DNA of 64,000 bases from Eledone cirrhosa (GCA_964016885.1 OZ024743.1:83452001-83516000); one strand, 5' to 3'; counted from the stretch's first letter, positions 43,121-56,676 are shown. Numbers and translations: made by a program. Notes: generated by a model from the sequence alone, not told the origin.

Positions 43121-43348
43121 CATTAACACCACGACCGCCATCAACATGAGCACCACTACTACAACAACAACTACACTAATAACATAGCGGCGACCAACAC
43201 CACCACCACAACGACCACAACAATAAGAAGAATGATAATAATAATTGTTTCTACTTTTGGCACAAGGCCAGCAATTACTCAGTACATTACTGGTACTTTA
43301 TTTTATCGACCCCGTAAGGATGAAAGGCAAAGTTAACCTCAATAATGA

Positions 43349-43862
43349 TTTCATTTATTGGCCACAAGGGCCGACATGTAGAGGACACTACAAAGACACG
43401 GACAGTAGGGGTTTACAATAAGGTCGAGTAACAACGAAGATATAAAAATATAAAATAAACTATGCATAAATATAACAGAATAAATTCCCCTATAGGGGGC
43501 TGACGACCCTGGGGTGACTCGGGTACCCCACCAATCCTGAACCACCCTGCGCTTCTAGGGCACCCGGGGAAAGCGCCCCCTCTCCTCCTCAAGTTAGCTA
43601 CCCTATAGGCGCATGGTCAGAGTAGGCCCATTCACACGAGCCATTCTCGCCACATTCATCCACCTTTTAGCAAATGTATTGGGAGAGAAGTGCTGACCCC
43701 AGTACATTTGCTAAAAGGTGGATGAATGTGGCGATAAATGGCCCGTGTGAATGGGCCTACTCTGACCATGCGCCTATAGGCTAGCTAACTTGAGGAGGTG
43801 AGGGGGTGCTCCCCCCGGGTGCCCTAGAAGCGCAGGGTGGTTCAGGATTGGTGGGGGTACCT
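43349..43862 (-). mobile_element. L1/Tx1-like LINE 3' end with an inverted duplication
   Basis: ORF end FAKRWMNVARMARVNGPTLTMRL*, homologous to 31204-31473; arms about 43520-43683 / 43697-43862. Confidence 0.65.
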
Positions 43863-44015
43863 AATAATAATAGTAATAGTAATATATACCTGGTTATAGT
43901 GCTGCCGTATATTAACCACAACGTTGGTATTTTACATGTAGAAATTCCACTTGTCATCTTTGTTGTAAACACTTGTATACTTGTGTGTGTGTGTAGAAAT
44001 ATACATATGAGTGTG

Positions 44016-44100
<85 letters not shown>

Positions 44101-44212
44101 GATATATATATATAATTTATATATATATATATTATTTATATGTGTATATATATAATTTATATATATATATTAGTTACATGTATACATATATATATATATA
44201 TATATATATATC

Positions 44213-44243
<31 letters not shown>

Positions 44244-44644
44244 TATATATGTTATATATACATATAGTATTTATATATATATATATATAATATATATATT
44301 ATTTTTTTATATATACATATATAATATGATATATAATATGTGTATATAACAGTAATGTGTTCTGTAATAGATTATATCATACTGAAACAACACAACAGTA
44401 ACATGTGTGTCAACCAAATATATTCTCCCGGCTGTCACTCTCTTTCTCTCTCTGTATATGTGTATATATGTGTATGTGCGTGTGTATCAGTAATATGTGC
44501 AGTAAAACGACATTACACCACACTACTATAACTACACGACAACAGCGTGTGCCTGTGTTTGTGTCTGTCAGTTAAACTAAATCGCTCCACTGTCATCTCT
44601 GCTTCTAAACTTTTTCTACTGACGGTGGAGCTATTCAACATACA

Positions 44645-44748
44645 TTGCTTTATATAGTACTGCACTGCATTACACACAGACACACATATATACACACACA
44701 TACATACATATAGCTTTATATAGTACATACACACACACATACATATAT

Positions 44749-44784
<36 letters not shown>

Positions 44785-45525
44785 GCATACACACACACAC
44801 ATATATATATATACATACACACACACACAGACACACATATATACATACACACACATACAGACACATACACACCATTTTATATAGTACTTAACTGTACACA
44901 TACATACACACACATACACACACATACACACACACATCGCTTTATATATTACTTAACTGCACACATACATACACACACATCGCTTTATATAGTACTTAAC
45001 TGCACACACATATACATACACACACCGTTTTATATAGTACTTAACTGTACACACACACTCACGTACACATACAGACACACATACACACACATATACATAC
45101 ACACACACCGTTTTATATAGTACTTAACTGTACACACACACTCACGTACACATACAGACACACATACACATACATACATACACACACAACGTTTTATATA
45201 GTACTTAACTACACACACACTCACGTACACATACAGACACACATACACACATATACATACACACACACCGTTTTACATAGTACTTAACTGTACACACACA
45301 CGTACACATACAGACTCACATACATACACACACCGTTTTATATAGTACTTAACTGTACATACACACACGTACACATACAGACACACATACACACACATAC
45401 ATAAACATACACATCACTTTGTATTGTACTTAACTGTACATACACACACACGTACACATACAGACACACATACGCACACACATAGACTTACATACAAATA
45501 CACAGCGATTTATATAGTACTGTTC

Positions 45526-45566
<41 letters not shown>

Positions 45567-45868
45567 CCATGCATACATACACACTTACATATACACACAC
45601 TGTTTTATAAAGTACGGTACCGCACACGCACTCACTGATATGCATACACACACACATACATATCGCATATATAGTGCTGTATTACACACACATACATACA
45701 CACATACAAACACAGGGTTTTGTATAGTACTGTACCGCACACAGACACATACACAGCATATTGTAGTATCTCACACACACTCACACATATGGACACATAC
45801 ACACACCATATATATATATATATACATACTCACATACACATTGATACACGCACATACATACACACACA

Positions 45869-45906
<38 letters not shown>

Positions 45907-47185
45907 ATCTCCAACATACTCACATACACATCGATACACGCACATACACACATACACACACACACACTGACCCACTGACACATATTGACATACACACACT
46001 CACGCATATACACTCACTGACCCATACACATACTGCTTATATGGTACTATACCTCACACACACACATTGCTTATATAGAGCTATCACACACACACACACA
46101 AACACACACAAACACACAAACACACACACACTGTTTATATATCACCATACACACACACACACAGTGCTTATATAGTACTATACCACACACGCATACACAC
46201 TGCTTATAAAGTACTAACTCATTGACACATACAGTACTATACCACACACACACACTATCAGTTTACACACAACACACACATCTTATATAGTACCACCTCT
46301 CTATCTCACACACACACACACATCTTATATAGTATCACCACTCTATCTCACACACACACACATCTTATATAGTACCACCACTCTATTTCTCACACACACA
46401 TCTTATATAGTACCACCTCTCTATCTCTCTCTCACACACACACACACACATCTTATATAGTACCACCTCTCTATCTCTCTCCTACACACACATCTTATAT
46501 AGTACCACCTCTCTATCTCTCTCATACACACGCATCTTATATAGTACCACCTCTCTATCTATCACACACACACACACACACATCTTATATAGTAGCACCA
46601 CTCTATCTCTCTCACACACACACACTGACACACACACACACACACATCTTATATAGTACCACCACTCTATCTCACACACACCACACACACACATCTTATA
46701 TAGTACCACCACTTTATCTCTCTCTCACATACACACATCTTATATAGTACCACCACTCTATCTCTCACACACACACTGACACACACACACAGCTTATATA
46801 GTACCACCGCTCTATCTCACACACACCACACATACACACACATACACATATATAGTACCACCACTCTATCTCTCTCACACACACACATCTTATATAGTAC
46901 CTCCTCTCTATCTCTCACACACACACACTGACACACCTATAGTAGAACCTCTCTATCTCACATACACTGACACACACTGACACACACACACACAGCTTAT
47001 ATAGTACCATCTCTCTATCTCTCACACACTGACACACACACACATCTTATATAGCACCACCTCTCTATCTCACACACACACACAGCTTATATAGCACCAC
47101 CTCTCTCTCTATCACACACATACACGCACACACAGCTTATATAACACCACCTCTCTCACACACACACACAGACACACACACAATA
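44645..47185. repeat. Compound CA-rich minisatellites sharing a ttatatagtac anchor
   Basis: Units ttttatatagtacttaactg(ca)n, then catcttatatagtaccacctctctatct(ca)n. Confidence 0.85.
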
Positions 47186-47204
47186 CTATATGTATTTCTT
47201 CTCT

Positions 47205-47625
47205 AACATAGTTACTTTCTCTCTGTTCTCTCTCTTCTGTATCTCTCTTTCTGCTTTTCTACCCCTCTCTCACTCACTCACTCTCTCTCACTCACTCTCT
47301 CTCTCTCACTCTCTCTCTCTCACTCTCACTCTCTCTCACTCTCTCTCTCACTCTCTCTCACACTCTCTCTCACACTCTCTCTCTCTCTCTCTCTCAGTCT
47401 CTCTCACTCTCTCTCTCTCACTCTCTCTCACACTCTCTCTCACTCACACTCTCTCTCATTCTCTCTCACTCACTCACTCTCTCTCACTCTCTCTCTCACT
47501 CTCTCTCTCACTCTCTCTCGCACTCTCTCTCTCACATTCTCTCTCACCCTTTCTCTCACTCTATCTCACTCTTTCTCTCCCTCTCTCTCACCCTCACTCA
47601 CTCTCACTCTCACTCTCTCTCTCTG
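47205..47625. repeat. (CT)n/(CTCA)n low-complexity tract
   Basis: Direct reading. Confidence 0.9.
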
Positions 47626-47679
47626 ACATTCCCTCTGACTTCCTCCCTCACTTTGTTAATGATCCCGGAGATATCAGAA

Positions 47680-47863
47680 TGGATTGGCAGTATCGGTAGA
47701 GAGTCGGACGCCATGCTGTGACGCATAGAGTTACGGCCCTTTCCATTCTGAGTTCAAATCCCGTAGAGGTCAACTTTGCTTTTCATCCTTACGGGGTCGA
47801 TAAAATAAAGTACCAGTAATACACTGGGTAATTGCTGGCCTTCTGCCAAAAATAGAAACAATT
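47680..47863 (+). mobile_element. SINE family A
   Basis: Match to the family. Confidence 0.85.
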
Positions 47864-47869
47864 ATTTAT

Positions 47870-48872
47870 CAGTAGTAGTAGTAGTGGTAGTGGTAGTGGT
47901 GGTGGTGGTGGTGGTGGTGGTGGTGATGGTAGTGGTAGTAGTGGTAGTGGTGATGGGATGGTAGTGGTGGTGATGGTAGTGGTAGTAGTGGTGGTGATGG
48001 TAGTGGTGGTGGTAGTGGTGGTAGTGCTGGTGGTGGTGGTAGTGCTGGTGGTAGTGGTAGTGGTGGGGGTAGTGGTAGTGGTAGTGGTGGAGATGGTAGT
48101 GGTGGTGGTGGTGGTGGTGGTGGTGGTAGTAGTGGTGGTGGTGGTAGTAGTTGTGGTGGTAGTGGTGGTAGTAGCGGTAGTAGTAGTGGGTGATGGTAGT
48201 AGTGGTAGTGGTGGTGGTGATGGTAGTGGTGGTAGTGGTGGTGATGGTAGTAGTGGTAGTAGTGGTGGTAATGGTAGTGGTGGTGGTGGTGGTAGTTGTG
48301 GGGGTAGTGGTAGTGGTAGTGGTGGAGATGGTAGTGGTGGTGGTGGTGGTGGTGGTAGTAGTGGTGGTGGTGGTAGTAGTTGTGGTGGTAGTGGTGGTAG
48401 TAGCGGTAGTAGTAGTGGGTGATGGTAGTAGTGGTAGTGGTGGTGGTGATGGTAGTGGTGGTAGTGGTGGTGATGGTAGTAGTGGTAGTAGTGGTGGTAA
48501 TGGTAGTGGTGGTGGTGTAGTGCTGGTGGTGTTGGTAGTGGTGGTGGTGGTAGTGGTAGTGGTGGAGATGGTAGTGGTGGTGGTGGTGGTGGTGGTGGTA
48601 GTAGTGGTGGTGGTGGTAGTAGTGGTGGTGGTAGTGGTGGTGGTAGAGGTAGTAGTAGTGGTAGTGGTGTTGGTGATGGTAGTAGTGGCAGTGGTGGTGA
48701 TGGTAGTGGTGGTGGTGGTGGTAGTGATGGTGGTAGAGGTGGTGGTGGTGGTAGGGTGGTGGTAGTGGTAGTGGTGGTGGTAGTGGTGGTGGTGGTGGTG
48801 ATACTAGTGGTGGCAGTAGCGGTAGTAGTAGTGGTGGTGGTGGTGGTGGTGATATTAATGGTGGCAGTAGCG

Positions 48873-48914
<42 letters not shown>

Positions 48915-48926
48915 ATAGTGGTGGTG
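47870..48926. repeat. (GTG/GTA)n trinucleotide low-complexity array with internal block duplications
   Basis: Direct reading; accounts for the poly-T, poly-P and poly-V ORFs. Confidence 0.9.
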
Positions 48927-49575
48927 AAAGTTTTTTTTAAAATGACCGTGGGGGTGGTTGTTCTTTTTTTGTTGTTTTTCCGCATGTCAAACTTCACCGA
49001 ACATATATACCATCACAAACTGTCCAGCCGTGACCACCTCGTTATTTTTATTCAAAGAAAATATAGAACCACACTATACAATGCGTCCTTTTTAAGACGC
49101 CGGGAGTGTGGCTGCTATTTCTAGCAGGTTGAGAAACAAAATAAAAGTTCACTTGTTGCCACACATGGTAGTGCTAGTGGTGGTGGTGACGGTGGTGGTG
49201 GTAGTGGTGGGGGTGGTGGCGTTGTTGTTGTTGTTGTTAGTAGTGGTTTAATGGTAGCGGCGGTGAGTATGAATACACACATATATGTATATATACACAC
49301 ACACACACACATGTTTATACATACACACACATATTTTTCCCGTCCCTTCCTCTTCTCACGCTCTATCTCTCTATTTCGTCTTTTAGTTATGATTCTCTTC
49401 TTTGATGAAGGACTACTGTCTTAGACGTAAAAAAACTCTTTTCCTACTATGCCAAGCGTTAAACTACTAAATTTCTTCATTGTACTATATCGTTTACGTT
49501 GTTATTTGTTTACTTTTGCATACATATGGATATATATTTATATATACATATATACATATTTATATACATACATAA

Positions 49576-49619
<44 letters not shown>

Positions 49620-49622
<3 letters not shown>

Positions 49623-49775
49623 ACGAAGGAAATGTGGTAAGGAACCAGGTGGACCATAACGCACCAAAGTACTCAATACTCAATTAGTACTTAATTAGTC
49701 TCAATTAGTACTCAATTAGTCCAGAATTAGCCGTCGAAACGGCTTGAGCTCAGCCGTCAGGGTCTTACTGGTTCC

Positions 49776-49778
<3 letters not shown>
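49620..49778. mobile_element. Collapsed Penelope end: inverted tail, ctcaattagt x3 and the hammerhead 3' half
   Basis: 49620-49680 matches 9086-9145; 49716-49778 matches 11725-11787. Confidence 0.75.
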
Positions 49779-49830
<52 letters not shown>

Positions 49831-49834
<4 letters not shown>

Positions 49835-50107
49835 CCAGGAAAAAGATCTTAACGGTTCAAGTTTTTCTTGGAACCGTTAAGATCTTCTTCCTGGTTATGG
49901 CAATATTTATAAAACAAATTTTCTATTTTATCTGATGAGGGCGTACCAAAGTTTTGGTACCCTTCAAATATATATAATAGAATATATATGGTTTTATAAA
50001 TATAGTTTCCATTTATTTAATATCATTGAAAATATCTGTCGAGTGCTTCGAATCAGATATAAACATTTATATTTGTTGAATTACCAACAAATTAAATATC
50101 CCTTTTG

Positions 50108-50110
<3 letters not shown>
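49831..50110 (+). mobile_element. TA-flanked element with a short 5' hairpin and a decayed hammerhead (49926-49982)
   Basis: Hairpin 49831-49898; ttttat-CUGAUGA-gggcgtaccaaa..tttggtaccctt-CAAA-tatata-UA-atagaa (G12C). Confidence 0.6.
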
Positions 50111-50149
<39 letters not shown>

Positions 50150-50153
<4 letters not shown>

Positions 50154-50403
50154 CTTGACCGACCAGTCTGTCGGGCGCCAATCGGTGCCGCTGGTCACAG
50201 CACGTCGTGCTGTTTTAGCCATAAGATAACGCCGTCCCACTGGCTGGGCGGGCAGGTCGGTACTCATTTCTACAGCTGAGTAAACTGGAGTAACGTGAAA
50301 TAAAGTGTCTTGCTCAAGGAAACAACACATCACCCGGTTCGAGAATTGAACTCACAACCTTTCGATTGCAAGGCCAATGCTTTAACCACTAAGCCATGCG
50401 CCA
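50150..50403 (-). mobile_element. tRNA-derived SINE family B, full length
   Basis: ggcgcatggcttagtggttaaagc (A box), gagttcaattctc (B box), gtttccttgagcaagacacttt core. Confidence 0.8.
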
Positions 50404-50413
50404 TCACACACAG

Positions 50414-50561
<148 letters not shown>

Positions 50562-50563
50562 GT

Positions 50564-50929
50564 ATAAAGAAAAAGAGATGAAATCGAAAATGCAACTGGA
50601 GTCTTATTTTTTTAAAAAATATATATATTTATTTGGTTCCTTTACCGGTTTCGCAGTTCTTCTGCTTTTCAAAAGGTGAGTTGAGATGGAGGGTCTGTGG
50701 TTTTTCTCACATCTGAGATGTGAGAAAAACCACAGACCCTCCATCTCAACTCACCTTTTGAAAAGCAGAAGAACTGCGAAACCGGTAAAGGAACCAAATA
50801 AATATATATATTTTTAAAAAAAATAAGACTCCAGTTGCATTTTCGATTTCATCTCTTTTTCTTTATACTTTCACTCGTGTAGGACACCTCGGTTATTTTT
50901 CATTTTGTAAAAAAAACCTCACTTTCTAA
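50564..50929 (+). mobile_element. Near-perfect ~300-bp fold-back element with two U3A8 hammerheads and a 60-nt tail
   Basis: Arms 50564-50714 / 50716-50866; apex 50715; hammerheads at 50639-50676 (-) and 50754-50791 (+). Confidence 0.85.
50754..50791 (+). ncRNA. 38-nt minimal type I hammerhead, U3-A8 core
   Basis: cctt-UUGAAAA-gcag(aagaa)ctgc-GAAA-ccgg-UA-aagg. Confidence 0.75.
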
Positions 50930-50937
50930 TATATATG

Positions 50938-51039
<102 letters not shown>

Positions 51040-51115
51040 CATATATATATATATACATATATATATACATATATATATAAGTATTAATAAAATAGATGTT
51101 CTTTTGATCAATTAC

Positions 51116-51168
51116 ATTTTATTATACATATTTCGGATGTACAACAGTACCTCCTCATCAGACAAAAT
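51116..51168 (-). ncRNA. Type I hammerhead ribozyme
   Basis: attttgt-CUGAUGA-ggaggtac(tgtt)gtacatcc-GAAA-tatgta-UA-ataaaat. Confidence 0.75.
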
Positions 51169-51683
51169 ATAATGATACATGACATACCCTGAGATGTTAA
51201 ATGGTTAAGATTTAATCAAGGTAGTGATTACCCGATAGAAAATTTTGCTTATATAATATCTGTGTGAGAGTGCGAAAACGTAATGAATTCATTAGAGAAT
51301 GTGTGAATAAGAAAAAACGTTGCATACTTAAAGTGTTCTAAAATTTAAAATTGTATGATACTATAATATATCTAGGGAGACGTCTCATGAATCATAACAG
51401 CCAGTGATAGCCACTGGAAAAAGATTTATAAGGAAAAAGATAAAGTGTGTGTTGTGAGGGGGGGGGGGGTCGAAAGTTAAACGGTTCGAATTTGGAAATA
51501 TTTAATTTATAATATTAATGTGAAGACTCCAGATTTCAGGATTATTTGCTATTTATTTATATTATTTATATAAATTCGATAAGTGTGTTATCATTTCTAA
51601 ACTTCTGAATTGTGAGAATAACATTATAAAGGATTTAGCTGGCGCATAAAGAATGAAATATTATACGGTTGATTAATTACCTA

Positions 51684-52341
51684 AATCTAAACTTTAGCAA
51701 ATATCTCGACATATTAGGTATGTAAAGCTTTTATAGTACTTATTGTTATAAATATTTAAATAACTATTATGTATATAGGTATATATTAATGAGTCAGTAT
51801 GTATAAGGTAAAAATAAAATAAAATAAAATAGACATTATTTTTAATTTTATACATGCACTCATTGTTCGTTTTTCTTATATGCATGTATATAGATATTTA
51901 AATGTAACATGTTGTTAAGAGTATAACTGTTATCATTTACCTAAAGTATACTACATTAATTGTTTCTACTTCAGGCACAAGGCCAGCAATTACCTAGTGC
52001 ATTACTGGTACTTTATTTTATCGACCCCGTAAGGATGAAAGGCAAAGTCAACCTCGGCGGGATTTGACATTAATAATACCTAATATATATCTATATATAT
52101 ATACATCCCTATATCTAATAATACGTTGATATCTTGGTTGAAGAATAATTATACATATCTATAAATCTTATCTGTAACATATTATTTTATTTTATTTTAT
52201 TTTATTTTATTTTTACCTTATACATACTGACTCATTTAGATATACCTATATACATAATAGTTATTTAAATATTTATAACAATAAGTACTATAAAAGCTTT
52301 ACATACCTAATATGTCGAGATATTTGTTAAAGTTTAGATTA
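51684..52341. repeat. ~150-bp inverted repeat enclosing a SINE family A fragment (51958-52066, minus strand)
   Basis: 51684-51831 is the reverse complement of about 52190-52341. Confidence 0.8.
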
Positions 52342-52351
52342 CAATAAATGT

Positions 52352-53389
52352 TTAGGTACAATAAATGTTACTGTGTTTGATGATGTCAGTAATGTCATTA
52401 ATGTAGATGATGAAAAGAAGTGGGCCCAACACAGTGCCTTGTGGGACGCCACTGCTGACTTTGGCAGGGCTTGATTTTACTCCTTCGACTGCAACATGTT
52501 GGGTTCTGCCTGTCAGGAAACATTTGATCCACTGTAGTAACCTTCCACAGACACCAACATTGGATAGTTTTTTCAGTAGAATCTTATGATCAACCCTGTC
52601 GAAGTCCTTGCTGAAATCAAGGTAGTTGACATCAGTGTTGGAGCCCTCTCCCAAGGCTCTCAAAATATCGTCAAAGTGATGCAGGAGCTGCGTTAGGAAG
52701 TCCCTTCCATTACGGAACCCATGTTGGTTGGAGTTCAGCAGGCCGTTGCTTTCAAGAAAGTGGGTTATTCGTGATCTCACCACCCTCTCAAATACCTTGA
52801 TAATATGAGAGGTGAGTGAGATCGGACGGTAGTTCACTGCAAGGGACTTATTTCCCTTTTTGAAAGCTGGGACAACGGACTGGGACAGAAAGTTTTCAGG
52901 AATATAGCCAGCATCCAGTGAGTTCCTCCACAGATTAGCAAGAGGAGTTGCAAGTTGGTGTCGACACACCTTCAGGACACAAGCAGGGAACCTGTCGGGG
53001 CCTACTGCTGAATTGTGTTTAATTTCGTTTATTGCCGCTAAGACATCAGGGGCGCCAAACGTTATGTCTGATATAGTGTGTTGGGGGTTAATATTACTGA
53101 TACGGCCCAGATCGGCCATATCAGGGTTGCTGAAAACAGAGCAGTATTGTTTCTGCAGTATCTCGCCCATGGTTTTGGCATTGTCCTGGAGTGTGCCATT
53201 TTCATCAACTAGGGGGCCAACAGTGGAGACCGTGACCTTGTGTTTTTTAGCGAATGAGAAGAACACTTTGGGGTTGAGTTTTATTTTCTCAATGGCCCAC
53301 CTCTCTTCAGCTATTCTCTGGTTATTGATGATGGTCATCATGCATTGCTGGAGGTTATATTTTTTTGATTCAAGCAGGGTGATAGCCAT
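52352..53389 (-). pseudogene. Reverse transcriptase (partial) of the LINE ORF2
   Basis: RT motifs through PQG; catalytic YADD absent. Confidence 0.88.
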
Positions 53390-54491
53390 TGAATGTGTGT
53401 TGCTGTTGGCAGTATTTTAGTGTGTTAATTTCTTTGTTTGTTCTTTTTATTTTTCTGATAATTGTTTTTCTGTTTTGGGGGATACTGCACTTCGTTTTGT
53501 TCACAGGTTTTGGTGGGGTGTGTTTTATACATATATTTGTGACAGTGTCTACAAAGATCTGCCAAGATATTTTGATATTGGTAGAAGTGTGTGCGTGTGT
53601 AAAAGACCAGTCGACATGCGATAGTTTGTTCATAATTGCATCCCAGTTGGCATTGTAGAGATCCATGTTATCAAATGGGTGGGCTGGAGAGAGGACCCTG
53701 GGATTAGCTTTCGGCTGGTGGAATCTCAGGTTACAAAGAACCATGTCATGGTCTGAGAGAAGGGTTTTTTCCACTGTAATATTATGTATAGTGTTAGTGT
53801 GATTACTAAACACTAGATCCAGAATGTTCTTCTGATGCCTCGTTGGTGCAAGGACAAGTTGGGACAAGAAAAACTCATTCATGAAATCAAGAAGTGACTC
53901 GACACCCTCTTTGTCAGTGGTTGAGGTTGTGAAGCCTGGTTTCAAACTACATGTAGACCAATCGACACAGGGTAGATTAAAGTCTCCCATCAAAAGTATG
54001 TTGCTAGAATGGCACTGTTTGATAAAGCATTTAATACTGTTGGGGCATTCTTTAAAACAGATTATGGGTGTTTGTGGCGGCCTATAGAGCCCAACTAATG
54101 TCAGGTCATTGGCTTTATTGTGCACAGTGTCTGATTCACAGTATCCATTAGAGAATGTTGTGTTGTCATCTGCCGTAAAGGAATCATGCAGGAAAATGGG
54201 AGTTCCACCCTTCCTTCTGCCAACACGATCCGCACGGATGGTTGTAAAATTTCCCACTCTTACTTCGGCCTCCAAGTGGGAGTTGTCAAGGTGGGTCTCA
54301 GTAAGAATGAAGAAGGGGATGTGAAATGGATGGTTACCAACCCAATCCTCAATGAATTGGATCTTCCATTTCTGTGCATTGATGGATGGGCTGATACCTT
54401 GTGTATTGAGTAAGAATGTGGAGGCGAGTGTGGTGGCTGGTTTTGACTGTTGCAGGGGGCTTGTTTTGTGATTGTGTGTTAGTGACAGCAA
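53370..54491 (-). pseudogene. APE-type endonuclease of the LINE ORF2
   Basis: TETHL, GDFN and SDH motifs. Confidence 0.88.
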
Positions 54492-55031
54492 GGTTGGCGT
54501 TGGGTGATGGCAAAATGTTTTTCTCTATCTCTTTTGCCAGGTTCATGGCTAAAAAGATTTTTTTTTTGTTCAGGGAGCAGTTTTTGATTGGATTTGTGGT
54601 TACAACAATGGATAGGGTTCCCTCTTTTGTTGTGGTTGTTGTATTTGTTGTAATTGTGTCTTTGTGAAAAGACTGGAGCAGCGTTATTTTTGTTGTTGTA
54701 TTTGTTGTTGTTGAGATCGTGTCTTTGTGATAAGACTGGAGCAGCTTACTTTTGTTGTTTTTGATGTTGTAATCATGTCTTTGTGAGGAGACTGGAGCAG
54801 CATTACCGCAGCAGGGGGTGGCTTTATTGTGGTTTGTGGGTTGGCATGAAGCCCCTTTTCTGTTCGTACGTTGTGTCCCAGGAAGATGAGTGAAGGGACA
54901 GTCAGTCAGCAGACATAGCCTCTCACGTTGGGAATGTTGGCAGATTTTGGGACTGCGACCTATACGTGCAGGCAGTTATTATTTCTAGCATGGATCTTTC
55001 TATAGTCATGTTTGTGTGTGTGTATGTGTAT

Positions 55032-55133
<102 letters not shown>

Positions 55134-55385
55134 AGTGTGTACATGTGTGTATGTCTGTTTGTGTCTGTATGTGTGTGTATATATGTGTATGTGTGAGTGT
55201 AATGTGTGTGTGTGAGTATGTATGTGTGTGTATGAGTGTGTGTGTGTTTGTATGTGTGTGTGCATGTGTGGTTGTATGAGTGTGTGTGCATGTGTGTGTG
55301 TGTGTGTGTATGTGTGTCCTGAGTGTGTGTATCTTAAGGAGTTAATTCAACCATCCAACTGTGTTCACTCTATTACTCTTCACAG

Positions 55386-55471
55386 AAATGAATGGCAAAG
55401 AAGACCCGGTCTGGGTGAAGGAGTTTGAAGAAAACAAACGAAACTTTGCAAAAATGAAAAGAGAACTATGA
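55386..55471 (+). CDS. Candidate terminal coding exon of an unknown host gene
   Basis: Pyrimidine tract plus CAG acceptor (tactcttcacAG); frame MNGKEDPVWVKEFEENKRNFAKMKREL*; downstream AATAAA at about 55646 and 55727. Confidence 0.4.
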
Positions 55472-55806
55472 TAAAATAACATGGTACTAAACACAGAAAT
55501 AGATTCACCCTTCAGGTACTCAACGTGAGTTAAAACTCACCTTTCTAAAGCTGGCTAAACTTCACATCTCAGAGCTCATCATCATACAGTTGGTCCAAAT
55601 TAAGCAGATTTCAGTCTAACAGATTTGCTCATATGTATTGTTTGTAATAAAGACGTAGAGACGGCGTCGGTCTAAAAAAAGACTTTTAAATATTCACAAA
55701 CCAGACGAAACATTTACACTGATTCTAATAAACATGTTAATCAGCTATCACGAAAAAAGTTTCTTCTAATGAGAGTGGTCAAGCTTTGAATAAGACCAGG
55801 CTACCA

Positions 55807-55910
<104 letters not shown>

Positions 55911-56005
55911 TAAGAATAAATGTGAAGATTAAAATCCGAAGATCCCGTAAAAGGGTGAAAGCAGAGATTCTTTGCTTACTTTGCTTAAGCTTTAAACTAC
56001 TTATA

Positions 56006-56046
<41 letters not shown>

Positions 56047-56051
<5 letters not shown>

Positions 56052-56627
56052 ATGGTCGTGTTGCCAAATTTGCCCATAGAAAGGAACACAGGCACCATAT
56101 AAATTTCATTTTCACTTTATCTTTATTGTTCGTTATTCAATTGTTTATCAAAGTTCTCTCGTCACACATTCTGTGACCTCCTCAATGATTATCTGTTTTG
56201 TGTAGAAGGTTGAACTGGAAATTTACTTTAGAATTTTAATCCTGCAAAAACACTCTACATATTTCGATGGTCCAGCTTTATCATCCGATCATGATGCAAG
56301 GCTAAGGCGATTTCATTCGGTGTTAATTGCAGAATTAGTTCCATACAACAGGATTACGTCGAACAGAAAATAGAAAATAAAAAATAGTGGAGTGATTTGA
56401 TTCATGGATGACCTGCTAATTCAGTGTTATAGCAACGGTTATGTCGCGGTAATAATTTTAAAGTAAATTTCCAGTCCGGTCTTGTTTTTAATGAATACTT
56501 AAATATCTTCCTGCACCAGTTACGGGATACCACATCTACAACGGTTGATTTGAATAACGTTGAGTGCGTTAATTTTATTGGAATCCGGAATCATCAATTC
56601 TAACTATTGGTAAACAACCTAACATAT
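56047..56627. mobile_element. Two adjacent decayed hammerhead-family PLE fragments
   Basis: 56047-56203 (-) relates to the 4840-5450 family; 56205-56627 relates to 6634-6960, with an inverted end and tail. Confidence 0.6.
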
Positions 56628-56676
56628 ATGTATATATATATATATATATGTAAAAAGTAAACATAAATAACACACA

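Larger units (their letters stand above)
52352..54962 (-). mobile_element. CR1-group LINE (ORF1 end, APE endonuclease, RT), frameshifted and 3'-truncated
   Basis: LNTQGI, ILTETHL, GLYRPP, MGDFNLP, ILDLVFSN, SDHDMV; then NYRPISLTS, QHGFR, YLDFSKDFDRVDH, SGVPQGTVLGPLLFIIYIND; stops before YADD. Confidence 0.9.

Noticed and set aside
44550-44612. Possible small exon within CA-rich DNA
   Set aside because: Weak splice signals and no recognisable peptide
47789-49124. Long Pro/Thr/His- and Val/Gly-rich ORFs (mucin- or extensin-like)
   Set aside because: They are translations of a (GTG/GTA)n array that is open in several frames and runs into a SINE
50564-50866. Long hairpins as miRNA precursors or DNA-transposon MITEs
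   Set aside because: One-sided tails, hammerhead folds and homology to PLE pLTRs fit retroelement fold-backs better; small-RNA production is not excluded
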